DNA of 64,000 bases, taken from Cetorhinus maximus. Its lineage: Eukaryota. The stretch lies in NCBI RefSeq assembly GCF_964194155.1, contig NC_135906.1:14446001-14510000 (forward strand), given 5' to 3'. How positions within the stretch are numbered: the stretch's first letter is position 1; every line of letters begins with the position of its first letter. A program made the position numbers and the translations under genes. The notes under the pieces were generated by a model. The model was not told the DNA's origin and did no database searches. It saw only the letters and a program-made list of their open reading frames with translations. Shown one piece after another: positions 51,801 through 63,900 of the stretch.

Positions 51801-54800
51801 TTGAAATCAGATCATGTCTGATCCGTATCTAATTCATTTTCCTTAATATCTTTTATAAGACCATGAGTGGATTGTTTTTTAGGCAGAGTTGGGAGAAAAG
51901 CAGGACTTGATGGATGGCAAGAATTAGTCAGCAGATGCTATGCTAATATTGCAGTAATCTGGCTCCAGCAAACAGACTTGAAACTCCTAGAATACAACTT
52001 TCTTCATATCAATATTGCAGCAAAACAATGACCATGATCATAGAATGGTACAGGACAGGAGGCAGCCATTCAACCAAACGTGCCCATGTTGGCTCTCTGG
52101 TAGAGCTTACCCAATTAGTCCCATTTCCTTGGTCTTTGCCCAGTAAATTTTTCCCATGTAAACAAGTTAACTGTCACAGAATAAAACAAAATGTTAAAAT
52201 CAAAAACAGAACTAAAGCTAGGAAGCATTGAAGCACTAGAACTGACTTTCAACTTACTGGGTTTGAGGAGCAACTTGACAAGATTTAAACTTTCACAATG
52301 GCACAAAACTACTGCTGACACTGTTGCACCCAGACCAAGGGAGAGGAGAAACCACGAGAGAAACTACACAAGGTTCGCCCCATAATCTGTACTTTACCTA
52401 CAAGGCCTCTGCATATGCATTTAGCAGTCTTTACCAACGTTGCACCCATTACAAATTGGAGGAAGGGGGAAAACAGGATTTGAAGGGAAATGTCCGAATC
52501 ATTGAATAAAGACAGTCGTAGTAAAATAAAGAATGCCAAGCAGGGAATACTAGTGTATGCATGAATGAATAGTCATCAATAGTAGGGCAGACCAAGGAGA
52601 GGCAAATTGACAGGAGCAAAGGGTATGTGGGGGACACAATGCTGGAGATTACAAAGGTAGGATGGGCAAAAGCATGGATGTATTTAAAGAGCTTGCTTTC
52701 ACAACATCCCAAAGCATTTTACGGCCAATTTTGACGTGCAGTCACTATTGTAATGTCAGAAACCTGCCTGTCAGTTTCCATACAGTCCCAAAAATATCAA
52801 CAAGGTAACGACTGGATCATTTACTGTAGTAATGTTGACTGATGAATAAATATTTGCCAAGAGGAAATTTGGGAGGGAATGATCATTTTGAAGTCAGGAC
52901 AGAGGTAATGGGAGAACAGGACACAGCAAACATTGCAATATTTTGAAATGGATTGTAACTTGGAAGATTCAAGATGAGGAACTGGTTGGAAAAGTCAAGC
53001 CTCAACGTGAAGGGAAAGACTGAAATTTCAATGGCCACAAGGTGGGCAATGTGGCAAATGGAAGAACGCAAAGTGGAAGCGTGGAACAAATCCAACCTCA
53101 ATAATGAGGATACAAACTTATTAAATCAGCCCTTCCGACAACCAGATAAAAGTACATACGCACCAATGGACCAAAATGGCATTGGATTTGCAGACATGAA
53201 ACTGAAGCAAATCTCTATTCACCCAGATGTTGTTGAAGAAATAGCTAGAACACTTAAGAAATGTTTAATGCCAATAGTGGTTGTACAAAATTATCCTCCC
53301 TTTACTATCAATATCACGCTTCATTTTGAGCACAATACTCTTGACAGACTAAAATTAGGGGCTGTTTTCGACCCTTACATCATTTGTTAATTCTAATGAA
53401 CAGTTACTGTCCCTCTCAACAACTGCTTCTGGGGATAAACTGCCATGTTTGTTTCACCTCTAATTCACCACTCTATCCAGCATTCTCATCTAGCATACTT
53501 AAAATGCTAGTGAACAGGAGAAAAAAGTAACCTTTCACACCAAGCAATTCACTAATTGCTTCACAGAATTCAAATCCTCACAAAAAAAATTGTTTGAGGA
53601 AGCAAAGTAAAAGCTAAATCTTCAACCACTTCATAGTTTACTCAATCTCCCTGATGCAGGCTATCCAAGTAGTCACAGAGCTTTCTAGTGACTTATTCTG
53701 GAGTAGGAAATCACATAACTTTAATAACTGATGGGCTACAGAGCTTGGTCTAGTTTTGATGAAAAGCTCAGTCGGTGTCATGGAATGGGAAGATTTAGTG
53801 TTCAACATTAGAGAATGAGGTGCGAAAAAGAATGTCAGTTTCACTGTAGTTTCACCTGGCTGGATAGGTTGGGCATGTAGTTGAAATATACACAAACACA
53901 AAGGCTGTGAGGTTCTACTGCTGAATATCCTACTAACCTGCACAGTCTAAGCATATACACAAAGTACAACCACCTCATAAGATAACTATACATTAGCAAT
54001 GTCTCAGGGAAAGGAAAGGGTGAGGGAAACAAAAACACAATGCCCATTTTGCATGCTATATCTACTGCCTACACTAAGATGAACTGTTCAGTATAAGCAT
54101 GCAAAAGATATGGACCTGTGTGCTGCTTGATTCTTAAGTACAGGACAAGAGTCAACAGAAACCTAAAATGCAGTCATCACAGTGACAGAAACCACAATGT
54201 TCAATTAAACAATTTTTGGAGGGAACAAATTAATAACACCAAATTCTCACCACTGTCATAGACGTTTGCAAAGCAAACAACTTTCCCCTTTTCACCCTTG
54301 CTTGTTACAATTACGAAAGAAAGGGAACTAAAGTTCAGATTGAGATCTATCCTTGACATTCAAGCTGTTGGGGCCATAGAAATGAAATTCATAAAAAAGC
54401 CAATGAGCCAAGAATATAAAGCAAGGTTGGACAGAGGCATAGTTTCACATTTACAGGTGGAAGGGAAAGTTTTGAAGAACATAACATATATTTATTTATA
54501 TTGTGCCCTTAACATAATAAAATATTCAAACGCGCTTCGCAGGAACAGTGAAGCATTTAACATTGAGCCACATAAGTTGGTCAAAGAGGTAGGATATAAA
54601 GCACATCTTAAGAGGAAAGGAAGGTAGAGAAGTTTAGGGTGTGAATTAATGCTAGGTATGCCAGATTGGGGCCAAGCAATTTTGCTGTTAAAGAGTCAAA
54701 CTTTCTTGTAGTTAGGGATGTAGTGCACAAGTTGGTTACACTCTAAAACAAATACATGCTTCGAAAGTCATACCAAATAAATCAATAATAGAACAATCAA

Positions 54801-55764
54801 CTTCATTAACACAGGATTAAATTCAAAGAATGCACCCAACTCTAAAAACATCCTAGCACACGTGTATAACCAGAAACCACTGGTCAGCTACATGGTCCAA
54901 CATAGTCCTAATTTCAAATAAATACCTGAATGAATGACACATCAAGGCACTTTTGCATTACAGGATAAATATAAACTTTTTTTTTTAACCCTATGGAAAC
55001 AAATTACATAGTGAAGTGGAGTGGCACTGACCATCCACACATCTCTTCGCAAATTATAGGTCAACATTGAACTTGAAGCCAGCCACCTTTTAGCCTGGCA
55101 TGAGGGACAAGGAAACAGACTGGGGTAAAGAATGCTCTAAAATAAGTTAAATTGGCAATGCAACCACTTCTAAATATAGCATGGCATAGTGTTGAGCCAA
55201 AAAATCCCCTGCACTGGCAATCTGGTTGAAAAACACCAGGAGGCATCTCACTTAGCTTTGAGAACTGTCAGAAAAATTATACAGGAATCCCTCTCCTAAA
55301 TCACTAACATGTAAGCAGAAACAGGGTTAGGACCATTAGCCTTCCACAGTCGAAGTGCCAGGCAATAATTATCTGAGCTTACCCATTAAGAACTAGGAAC
55401 CACCCTCCCACCATCCATCCATGACAAGGTTGGATTGGTTCAGGAAGGTCCAGCAGTATCTTCTCAAAAATCAGAGGTGGACAATCTTGCCGGTATCTCA
55501 ATTTAATTTTAAAAATGCAAGTCCAGAGAGACTGAAGTTGCTACAAGATTGACTAGCAAAGGAGTATGCAAAAAGAAAAAGGTGCAGGGTAAGAGCTTAG
55601 TGGTACCTGAAAGGGTGATAAAAGTGGATTCAATAAACAACCTGCAAAAGAGAATTGCATAAATGCTTGAAGGGGAACATTTTGCAAGGATGTGTAGAGT
55701 GGAACGAGATGGATGAGCCCTTTCAGAGCTGAGATGGGCACGATGAGTTGAATAGTCATATGAA

Positions 55765-56218
55765 TCATACAAATTTACAGCATGGAAGGAGGCCATTTGG
55801 CCCATTGCGTCTGCACCAGCCAACAAGAAGTCATCCAGCCCAATCCCACTTTCCAGCACTTAGTCCATAGCCTTGCAGGTTTCATGTACATGTTCAAATG
55901 CTTTTTAAATGCTGTGTGTGCTTCTGCCTCCACCACCCTTTCAGGCAACAAGTTCCAGATCCCCATCACTCTGTGTGTGTGTGTGAGAGAGAAAAAAAGT
56001 TCCCCTCCAAACCTTTCTAGACATCTTCTTAACCCCCTGATCATGGACCACTCAACCAAGGGGAAATAGAATTGATAAGAAGGCCCTATCTAGTCCCCTC
56101 AATTTTATACACTTCATTTGGCCTGCCCTCAGCCTTCTCTGTTCCAAAGGAAACAACCCTAGCTTATCCAATTCCCCCTCGAGAGCTAAAACTTTCCAGT
56201 GCAGGCAACACCCTGAAT
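55765..56218 (-). mobile_element. CR1-type LINE 3' fragment
   Basis: RVMGIWNLLPERVVEAE plus CR1 tail. Confidence 0.75.
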
Positions 56219-56229
56219 CTTAAAAGAAT

Positions 56230-57320
56230 TAATAAGGGGAACGAGGGCTGACTATTAAGGAAACTCGCCCAGATTGCTGCAGAGCTCCTTCACTTAAAGA
56301 GCAGGGGGGTGGTCGAGGAACACGCCGAGGCTCGTGGGTGCGCGCGCGCGAGAGCGAGCCCGGGAGCGTGCCTGGGACAGGAGGAGGCGGCGGCCGCCAT
56401 TTTGTGGCGTTTGAGCCAGTCAAGGGAAGATGAGACCCTTTTCAACCGCCATCCTCCCAACACAAATAAGCGTTTCCCATTAAACATCCCGAAAATAAAT
56501 GTCTTTTTTTAAAATCAGGAACAGGGCGGATTTTTTAAAAAATTCAGTTTCACAATCGTCACTGAGGATCCATCTCAACCGCACGTGGGGAAGCGTGCGT
56601 CACGCACTTAAATTATATTTGGCTGGGCTCATAGATCTTTTCTTAAGTACGGATTTGATTTATTTTATAAACGCCAAACAGTCGGGCGGATTCTTAAAAA
56701 AGAATTTAAAAAACGCGAGCGAAATAATAAAGGAATGTTCGACCTCCCTCTTTCGGAGGGAGCCGAGCTGGCCGGCAATGATTGACAGCACCGTTGGCCA
56801 ATCACAGGTGGCCCCGGGAGCAGCTCGGCCAATCACCGAGGGAAAGTTGGGCGGGGCCATCACAGCGGCAAGGCAGCCTCCGATTTATCGGGGCAAAAAA
56901 AGGGGGTGGGGGAGGAAAAAAAACAAACTTCGGGGCGCCATCGAGAGCATCGTTCTCTCAACAAGTTGGCAGCGGACAGAAGTAAAAAGAATTGCTGGAT
57001 GCATGAAAACGTCGAGGGATGTGTGACTTGTGGGGGAGAAGCCCGATTGTACCCACCTCCGTAGCGACCGTCCATTGTGGTTCGGCTTCAGAAAGAACCG
57101 TTCGGGCCTCGGCGACGTCAATAGCGCTGAGGCGGTCAGGTCACGTGGGGAGGGACGTTGCTTGCGTGCATCACGTGGGATGTAAGGTCCGCGGATCACG
57201 TGTGGAGGCACGTCGCCTGCGTGCGTCGCATGGGGCTGCGTGGCCTGTGGGTCACGTGCTCGCACCAGATGACATGCAATTTGTGCGGCCACTTGTCTTT
57301 TGATCCGGCAGACGGACAAT
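56230..57320 (-). promoter_or_regulatory. CpG-island promoter and intron-1 regulatory region of gene B
   Basis: CpG-rich; four TCACGTG E-boxes at 57141-57258; TGATTGACAG-N9-CCAAT at 56779-56802; YY1-type motif at 56395-56403. Confidence 0.8.
57057..57075 (-). CDS. AKAP8L: gene B coding part of exon 1 (MDGRYG)
   Basis: acaATGG, 19 nt, GAG|gtgggt donor, in a CpG island; comparable to human AKAP8 MDQGYG. Confidence 0.8.
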
Positions 57321-57461
57321 CTGTGTATTCCTGGGATGGTGGGATTGTTGTATGAGGAGACGTTCAGGAGACTGGACCTGTATTCTCGAGAGTTTAGAAG
57401 AATGAGAGGCGATCTGATTAAAGCATAAAAAATTCTTACAGGGCTGGACAGGGTAGATGCA

Positions 57462-57974
57462 TAGAGTTGCCAATTGTGATTAAATATATTCTTGGAGGTT
57501 TCAATACATGACTTACCCACAAGCTCCAGCCATTCATTGGCCAACACATCCATCCTTGTGATGCACTGAGCCTCAACTAGCAAGAAAATCCAAAGTTTGC
57601 CTTTTGGTCGATTCATGTAAAATGCAGCTTGAAAATATGTAAATTCATTCAGACTATCATTTTTGTATGCAAGTCCATGCTAAGTTAAATTATACACAGC
57701 ACCCAAGTTGGAACTAATTGGCACATCTCTACTGAGATCAAATAGCTCACCAGGCATGATATGCAAAACAAAAAGACTGATTGGATGTAGCTTGACTGTC
57801 AGCCAAACAGTTTTTTTCACCCATTTTCAATGTTTTTATATCTGGTAAAGAGACAAAAAAAATCTTTTTCAATGCCCCAATGATTTTGCTCCAGGATTGC
57901 ACACAGCAGCATCCTGGAAATTGGTCTTCAATTCCTGGAGATTCCAGGCCAATCTTGGAGAGTTGGCAAACCAA
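57462..57974. mobile_element. Non-autonomous hAT-like element inserted in a CR1 fragment (about 57325-58130)
   Basis: inverted ends tagagttgccaa / gttggcaaaccaa (TAGGGTTGCCA type); target-site duplication (t/a)agatgca; host reads gggtagatgca|ggaaggatgtttcccctgg. Confidence 0.7.
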
Positions 57975-59639
57975 AGATGCAGGAAGGATGTTTCCCCTGG
58001 TATGGAACTAGGAGACACAGTCTCAGAATAAGAGGTGGGCCGTTTAGGACTGAGCTGAGGAGGAATTTCTTCACTCAGAGGGTGGAGAACCTTTGGAATT
58101 CTCCACCCCAGAGGGCTGTGGCGATTCCTAGGTATTAAAGATAGTGTGGGAAAATGGCACTGAAGGTTAAGATCAGTTCCGTCACTGTCGCTGGGTCAAA
58201 ATCCTGGAACTCCTTAACAGCGTTGTGTGTACCTACACCACTTGGACTGCAGCGGTTCAAGAAAGTGGCTCACCACCACCTTCTCAAGGGCAATTAAGGA
58301 TGGGCAATCGATGCCCACAACTCATGAACGAATAAACAAAATAGATCTAGTTGAATGGCGGAGCTGGCTGGAGGGGCTGAATGGCCTACTCCTGCTCCTA
58401 CATTCGTATTTCCACAAGGGAAATACATCTTTTTGATATTCTCTAATCCGCAAGTTGCCAGAGAAATTAAGGATGATCTTTTCTCTTGATTGAGACTCTC
58501 TATACCAATAAAAATAGGGGTCACCTAATAATGAATGAATGAAATTCTGAGAGTAGCACTGAGCCCCAGATAGCAGGAAAATCCAAAGTTCGCCTTTTGG
58601 CCGATTCATATGAAATGGAACCAAAAAAAAGTAAATTCATTCAGACTATCACTAGTATGCAAGTCTGTGATAAGTTAACTGATGATTTTTAGCACCCAGG
58701 TTGGAACTAGTTGGCATACCACAAGTGAGATCAGACAACTCACCATGCACGATAGGGACTGGGCCTGGGATCTTCTAGTTTGTGTGCATTACAATGAGGC
58801 AAACCTCATGCTGATCTTTGATCTACTCCAGTGGGTCCCTGATTAAAATAAAACATCCTTTTTCTGTTCATTTTAACCTAACCAAACCTTCCAACGTTTT
58901 CAAGCCAATAGATTGGTTAATCAGGTAAAAGGACAATGTCCTAAACTAAAAGATGTCCACTTAATGCAAATTAAAAGTATTGACATGATGTAGAAAACAT
59001 GACAATCTTGTAATGAACGTGACACTTGGCCTCCCTTCAATAAAGTGGCACCCATTAAAATGGCAAATAATGTACATTTTTCAAGATATGACAATTGTCC
59101 TTCAGGTACCATACATCAATATTGCAACATTATAGTGTACAAAATACACGGTGCTGATAGTAGCTAGCAACCCTTACAGAATGATATGACTTTTGGGTCA
59201 CCTGAGGTTAGGTAGTAGTATTAAGGTGCATTGTTATGCCTTTGCAATGGATGTCACATTGTCAGCTTCCTCACTCTATGACCTGTTACTTGTTTGCATG
59301 CTCACAGGCTTTTATGTTTTTACTTTGAAGATTGATATATATCTTGAAATTTCTTTCAAAGTGCCTCTGCCTCTTCACCTCTATCTCCTTTAAGCCAAAC
59401 TGTAACACTGACCTCTCATCAGGCATTTCTTTACTTCCACAAATAATGCCTTTGTAGACTTCTTTTGAAGTTACTTTTAAGCCCCCCTCTGTTTTTTTCC
59501 AATGTTAAAGGTACCATATCAATTCAAGTTATTTAGTGCTTACTGTTAGGTACAACCTCATAACCTCACATAACAATATCCCCCAACCTTCCCTCCTCTC
59601 CTGAAGGCACATGCTTGGGTATGCATCCTTGGATTTCTT

Positions 59640-59950
59640 TCTTCACACTCAATGTGTTACAAGTATTAAACTGAGGCTTCAGGTGGAATAAAACATCCCA
59701 TGGCTCCATATTGAAGAAGAACAGGGAAGGTTTCTCTGGTGTCCTGCTCAACATCAATCGGTATCACTTAAAACAGATTAACTGATCATTATCACATTGC
59801 TATTTGTGGGAGCTCGCTATGTGCAAATTGGCTGCTGCATTTCCTACATTACAACAGTAACTACACTTCAAAAGTACTTCATTAGCTATAAAGCACTTTG
59901 GAATGTCTTGAGACGGTGAAAGACATTATATAAATATAAGTATTTCTTGC
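59640..59950 (+). mobile_element. Deu-domain SINE fragment
   Basis: atcccatggc...gaagaagaacaggg...gtgtcctg core and aaattggctgctgcatttcctacattacaacag tail. Confidence 0.65.
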
Positions 59951-60796
59951 TTCCTTTCTATATTGATAGTCTTCTAATATCATGTCTAAAGAGGCATTCT
60001 GTAGAGACTCACAGAAATGACAATATGAAAAGAGGCATCTGACCAAACCAACCTCTATTGGTGTTTAAGGCAGTGCCCATGAGGTGGGGGCATGTGTCAC
60101 TTAGCTGCCTACATCCCTTCTGTGGCATTACCTGTGCCTAGTGGCCCTGGGGAAGAGGCTGAAGAGTAATGATTTAATTTTATATTAATTTATATTAATG
60201 AAATATATATATATTTTAATGAAACATAAGAGTTGTGGAGGCCAGATTACTGAAAGTATTTACAGAGGTGGTAGATAGATTTTTGAAATATCGGGGAGTT
60301 GAAGGCTATGAGGAGCTGGCACAAAAGAGGAGTTGAGGCCTGGGGCAGATCAGCCAAGATCTTATTGAATGGCGGGGCAGGCTGGAGGGGGCGAATGGCC
60401 TACTCCTGGTCCTATTTCTTATGTTCTTATGTTTTTAAACCATGACGGTATTAATGATGTAAGTTTGACATCAGGAGTCAGATGACTGAGAGGCTCCAAT
60501 GTGATTACCCTGAGATCCTTGTAAATAGTTCTCAATAAATTGTTTCAAGTAAAACCATACATAGACCAACTCAAGTTTGCCATAGTATAAACAAAGTCTA
60601 ATGAAGGTATGGTAAGGCAACAAAGCATGGTCACAGTAAAACCTCACCAAAGCTCAGTGACAACACAAAACAGAGGTATGTGATGTCCACTGGTATAGTT
60701 GAGATTTTCTGTGACCAGTGGGCACTGCAGTGCATAAAGGGTGTAAACAACACATAGAACCACATTACAATTTGCTATATGTTTCTGTAATGTCAC

Positions 60797-61025
60797 ACAT
60801 TGCTGAGGTTCTGGAGTCACATGTAGGCCAGGGCAGGCAAGGACGGCAGGTTTCCTTCCCTAAAGGGCATTTGTGAACCAGCTGAGTTTTTACAACAATC
60901 GATGATAGTTTCATGGTCACTGTTAGACTTTTAATTCCAGGTTTTAATTTTTTTACTGAATTCAAATTTTACCATCTGGTCCCCAAAGCATTAGCCTGGG
61001 TCTCTGGATTACTAGTCCAGTGATT
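60797..61025 (-). mobile_element. Head/UTR fragment of the tRNA-headed LINE/SINE family
   Basis: reverse complement matches 33935-34175; retains ctggactagtaatccag anticodon-arm-like segment. Confidence 0.75.
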
Positions 61026-61544
61026 ACGAGCTTACCTGTTTTTATTTATAGACCTTTAATGAATAGCATGGACCAAATGGCCTCCTTTGCCACAATGATG
61101 ATTCGATGAATGACTACAGGAAGCAGTCAAGGATGTGCATGAGCAGCATCCAAAGGTGGGAGTGGAGGCCAGTGGCAACCTGTGATGAGTGGAGCGCTCA
61201 TAGATGAGAGCAGCAGTAAAACTTACAATATAAATAATCCTCTGGTTGTCTCTTGATTTTTGTTGACTTTGTGTTGACCACTGGAATATAATTCACTAAT
61301 CTGGTTTGAAATTCCAGTGACCGTCAAATAGAATGATTATAAATTTTAGGTCCGAGATTGAAAGATTTGTGTTATCCAAAGATGTTAAGGGATGTATGGA
61401 AAAGGCGAGTGTATGGAGTTAGGTTGTCAGTCAGCCATGATCTCATTAAATGGTGCAACAGACTCAGGGGACCAAATGGCCTATATCTGTTCCTATGCTT
61501 CTACCAGTCAACACAAATATCAAATATTTTAATTGTTCATTGAT

Positions 61545-61915
61545 CTGAAAGCAAGAAAGATTTTCATTTAGATAACACGTTTCACCAGCACCCCTCCCTC
61601 CCACTCACTACCACCACCACCACCGGATGCCTCAAAGCATTTTACAGACAATGAAGTACTTTTGAAGTATTGTCACTGTGGTAATGTAGCAAGATCTGAC
61701 AAGCAATCCCCTGCTCTTCTTTAAATAGTGCCACTGGGTCTTTTCCATCTACCTGAGAGAGCACAGGGGGCCTCAGTTTAATGTCTCATTTAGAAGATAG
61801 ACCGCTGGCATTGCAGTCTCTCACAGTATACTGGAGTGGCAGTTTGATTTTTCATGCTAAAGTCCAGGAGTGGGAATTGAACTCAGAGACAAGAGTACAA
61901 CCATTGAGCCACACC
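61545..61915 (-). mobile_element. Deu-domain SINE fragment
   Basis: gaagtacttttgaagt...cactgt tail and ccctgctcttc...aatagtgcca core in reverse orientation. Confidence 0.6.
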
Positions 61916-61934
61916 TAATAACAAAATATTTATT

Positions 61935-62785
61935 CTAAGAGCAAAATATTGCAAACGCTGGTGATCTGAAATTAAAAGCAGAATGTGCTAGAGAAACTCA
62001 GCAGGTCTGGCAGCATTTGTGAAGAGAGGAACAGAGTTAACTTTTCGAGTCCAATATGACTCATCTTTGGAACTGGGCCCAGTGGCCCTGGAGAGGGAGC
62101 GTATGGTTGTCCACTGGTACAGTTGAGGTTTTCTGCGACCAATGAGCACCCCAGTGTATAAGGGGTGTATTCAACATATACAACCACATTGCAAGTTAAT
62201 TTATGTTTCCGTAATGTCACTGTACTGTACATAGTTATACATGTTTATCTTATTTAATGTGCCCTAGGCACTTAATGTTTATTTGTTCCTGCCTGGTCAC
62301 AATGGGATAACTCTGGTTTACATTTGTACATACGAATTAGGAGCAGGAGTAGGCCAACTGACCCCTTACTCTGCCATTCAATAAGATCATGGCTGGTCTG
62401 AAAACTCCACTTTCCTTCCTATCCCCAATACCCTTTGACTTCCTTGACAATACAAGCTTACATGAAGGATTTGAACCCAGGTCCCCATAAGCATTAACCT
62501 GGGCCTCTGAATTATTAGCCTAGTGATATATCCACCACACCATCATCTCCCTACTATAATTCAGTTTGGATGGTGGGGGGGGGAATGGGAAACTCCAGTA
62601 ATTATTATAATAAAAGTAAAATACTGCAGATGCCGAAGATCTGAAATAAAAACATAGTGTGCCTATGACTCTTCAAAGTTCCAAAGAAGAGTCATATTGG
62701 ATTTAAAAAACATTAATTCTGTTTCTCTCTCCACAGATACTGCCAGACCTGCTGGACTTTTCAGCACTTTTCTGTTTTTATTCCA
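61935..62785. repeat. Inverted pair of a common shark short repeat (Penelope-associated type) enclosing other fragments
   Basis: ctcagcaggtctggcagcat...ccaatatgactc..tttggaact (61997-62074) versus agttccaaagaagagtcatattgg...ctgccagacctgctg (62677-62754); related pieces near 17360, 29010 and 63925. Confidence 0.55.
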
Positions 62786-62869
62786 TTAATTACTAATCTA
62801 CTTGAAAAGGGGTCCTCCAACAACAAGTGATGCCCCCCCTCCCCAACCCAAGTCTCAGTCCCATCTGTC

Positions 62870-63900
62870 TTGGGGAGGCAGCTAAGTAACAATGGCGGGG
62901 AACCTGAAGGTTGCAGCTTTCACCTTGCATCTCATTAGGTAAATTAGCATTGTGCGTCAGCCCGATCGACAGCACCCATCCGCCAATCGGAAAGGGAGGC
63001 AGTGCTGCGCCGGCCCACAGGACGCACCAATCAACGGCGGTGGGCGGTTCTTCCGGAGCTAGAAAATTCTGCAGGAGCGGGGCAGAGGCTTTTTATTTGA
63101 ATTCAACGAAATCAAAATGGATTCTTGGTACTCCGGTAAGCGCTAAAACGCTTTTCTTTAACCTTTGAAAGCTCTTGTTCCGTTTACAAGGCGAGTTTAA
63201 TACTTCGCGATTCTAAGAGGGTAATCTATATTTTTTATCTGGAGTGTATGGGAGGGAAGTAGAACGACTTTTATTTCCGTCTCGAGGCGCGTCATGTTCA
63301 AGATGAAACCAACCTAACTTGCTGGGAGCCCATGTCCTGCCCACTCTATGCCTGATTGGTTGTGGGCCCACTTGCCACCGAAATACCGCCGCGCGATTGG
63401 TTAAGGGGACTGTCAATCAGCACCCACTATGTTAGGTTGTCTGAACGCGTTGGGATCACTGTCGTATTTTTTTAAAAACAGCTTAAATAGAAAAAGTTAG
63501 CTCATGTTTTTTTTTTAACTTTTAGTGAGAGCAAGTTAGTGATTTTTTTAAATAAAAAATAAAACGGTCGCGGACACGCAATTCACATGGGCGGTTTAAA
63601 TATTTAGGTTGCGAACTCATTTATTCCTTTTTTTTCCCCCCTCTTTGTCCGTGTTTTTCTTATCCAAAGAAAAGGAAGCGCCTTTCCCTTACTCCGTGTG
63701 TGTAATCGATGGCTGGTTCATGTTAAAATCCCGCATCCTCCGCCTTTTTCAAACATTTTCTCAAGACGCTACAAAATGGCGGCTACTTCTCAGCATGGAT
63801 TGTTCCAGCCGCGCGCGGCCGAGTTGCGCGCGCGAGCACGCGCCAACCTAGCGTACGTGCGCGCGCGAAAAACCCAACCCTTGCATTTGAAAGCCAGAAA
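62870..63900 (+). promoter_or_regulatory. CpG-island promoter and intron 1 of a divergently oriented gene C
   Basis: CCAAT at 62983 and 63027, GC box near 63042, ATTGG-N9-CTGTCAATCA at 63396-63419, YY1-type AAAATGGCGG at 63773-63782, GCGC-rich tract. Confidence 0.75.
63117..63135 (+). CDS. Putative first coding exon (MDSWYS/G) of a third AKAP8-family paralog
   Basis: caaaATGG Kozak context, exactly 19 coding nt, then CCG|gtaagc donor; same length and phase as exon 1 of genes A and B; downstream exons lie outside the window. Confidence 0.55.

Noticed and set aside
45400-56200. snoRNA, miRNA or hidden exons in the long intron 1 of gene B
   Set aside because: No box C/D or H/ACA architecture or known RNA recognised by eye; a covariance-model search would be needed to exclude them
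56229-56423. ATGGCGGC at about 56400 and 63776 as translation starts
   Set aside because: Better explained as YY1-type motifs in intron 1; the ORFs are short, unrecognisable and have no convincing splice partner
56499-57616. Long ORFs of 175 and 243 aa across the gene B promoter
   Set aside because: GC-rich stop-poor sequence plus CR1/hAT fragments; no recognisable protein
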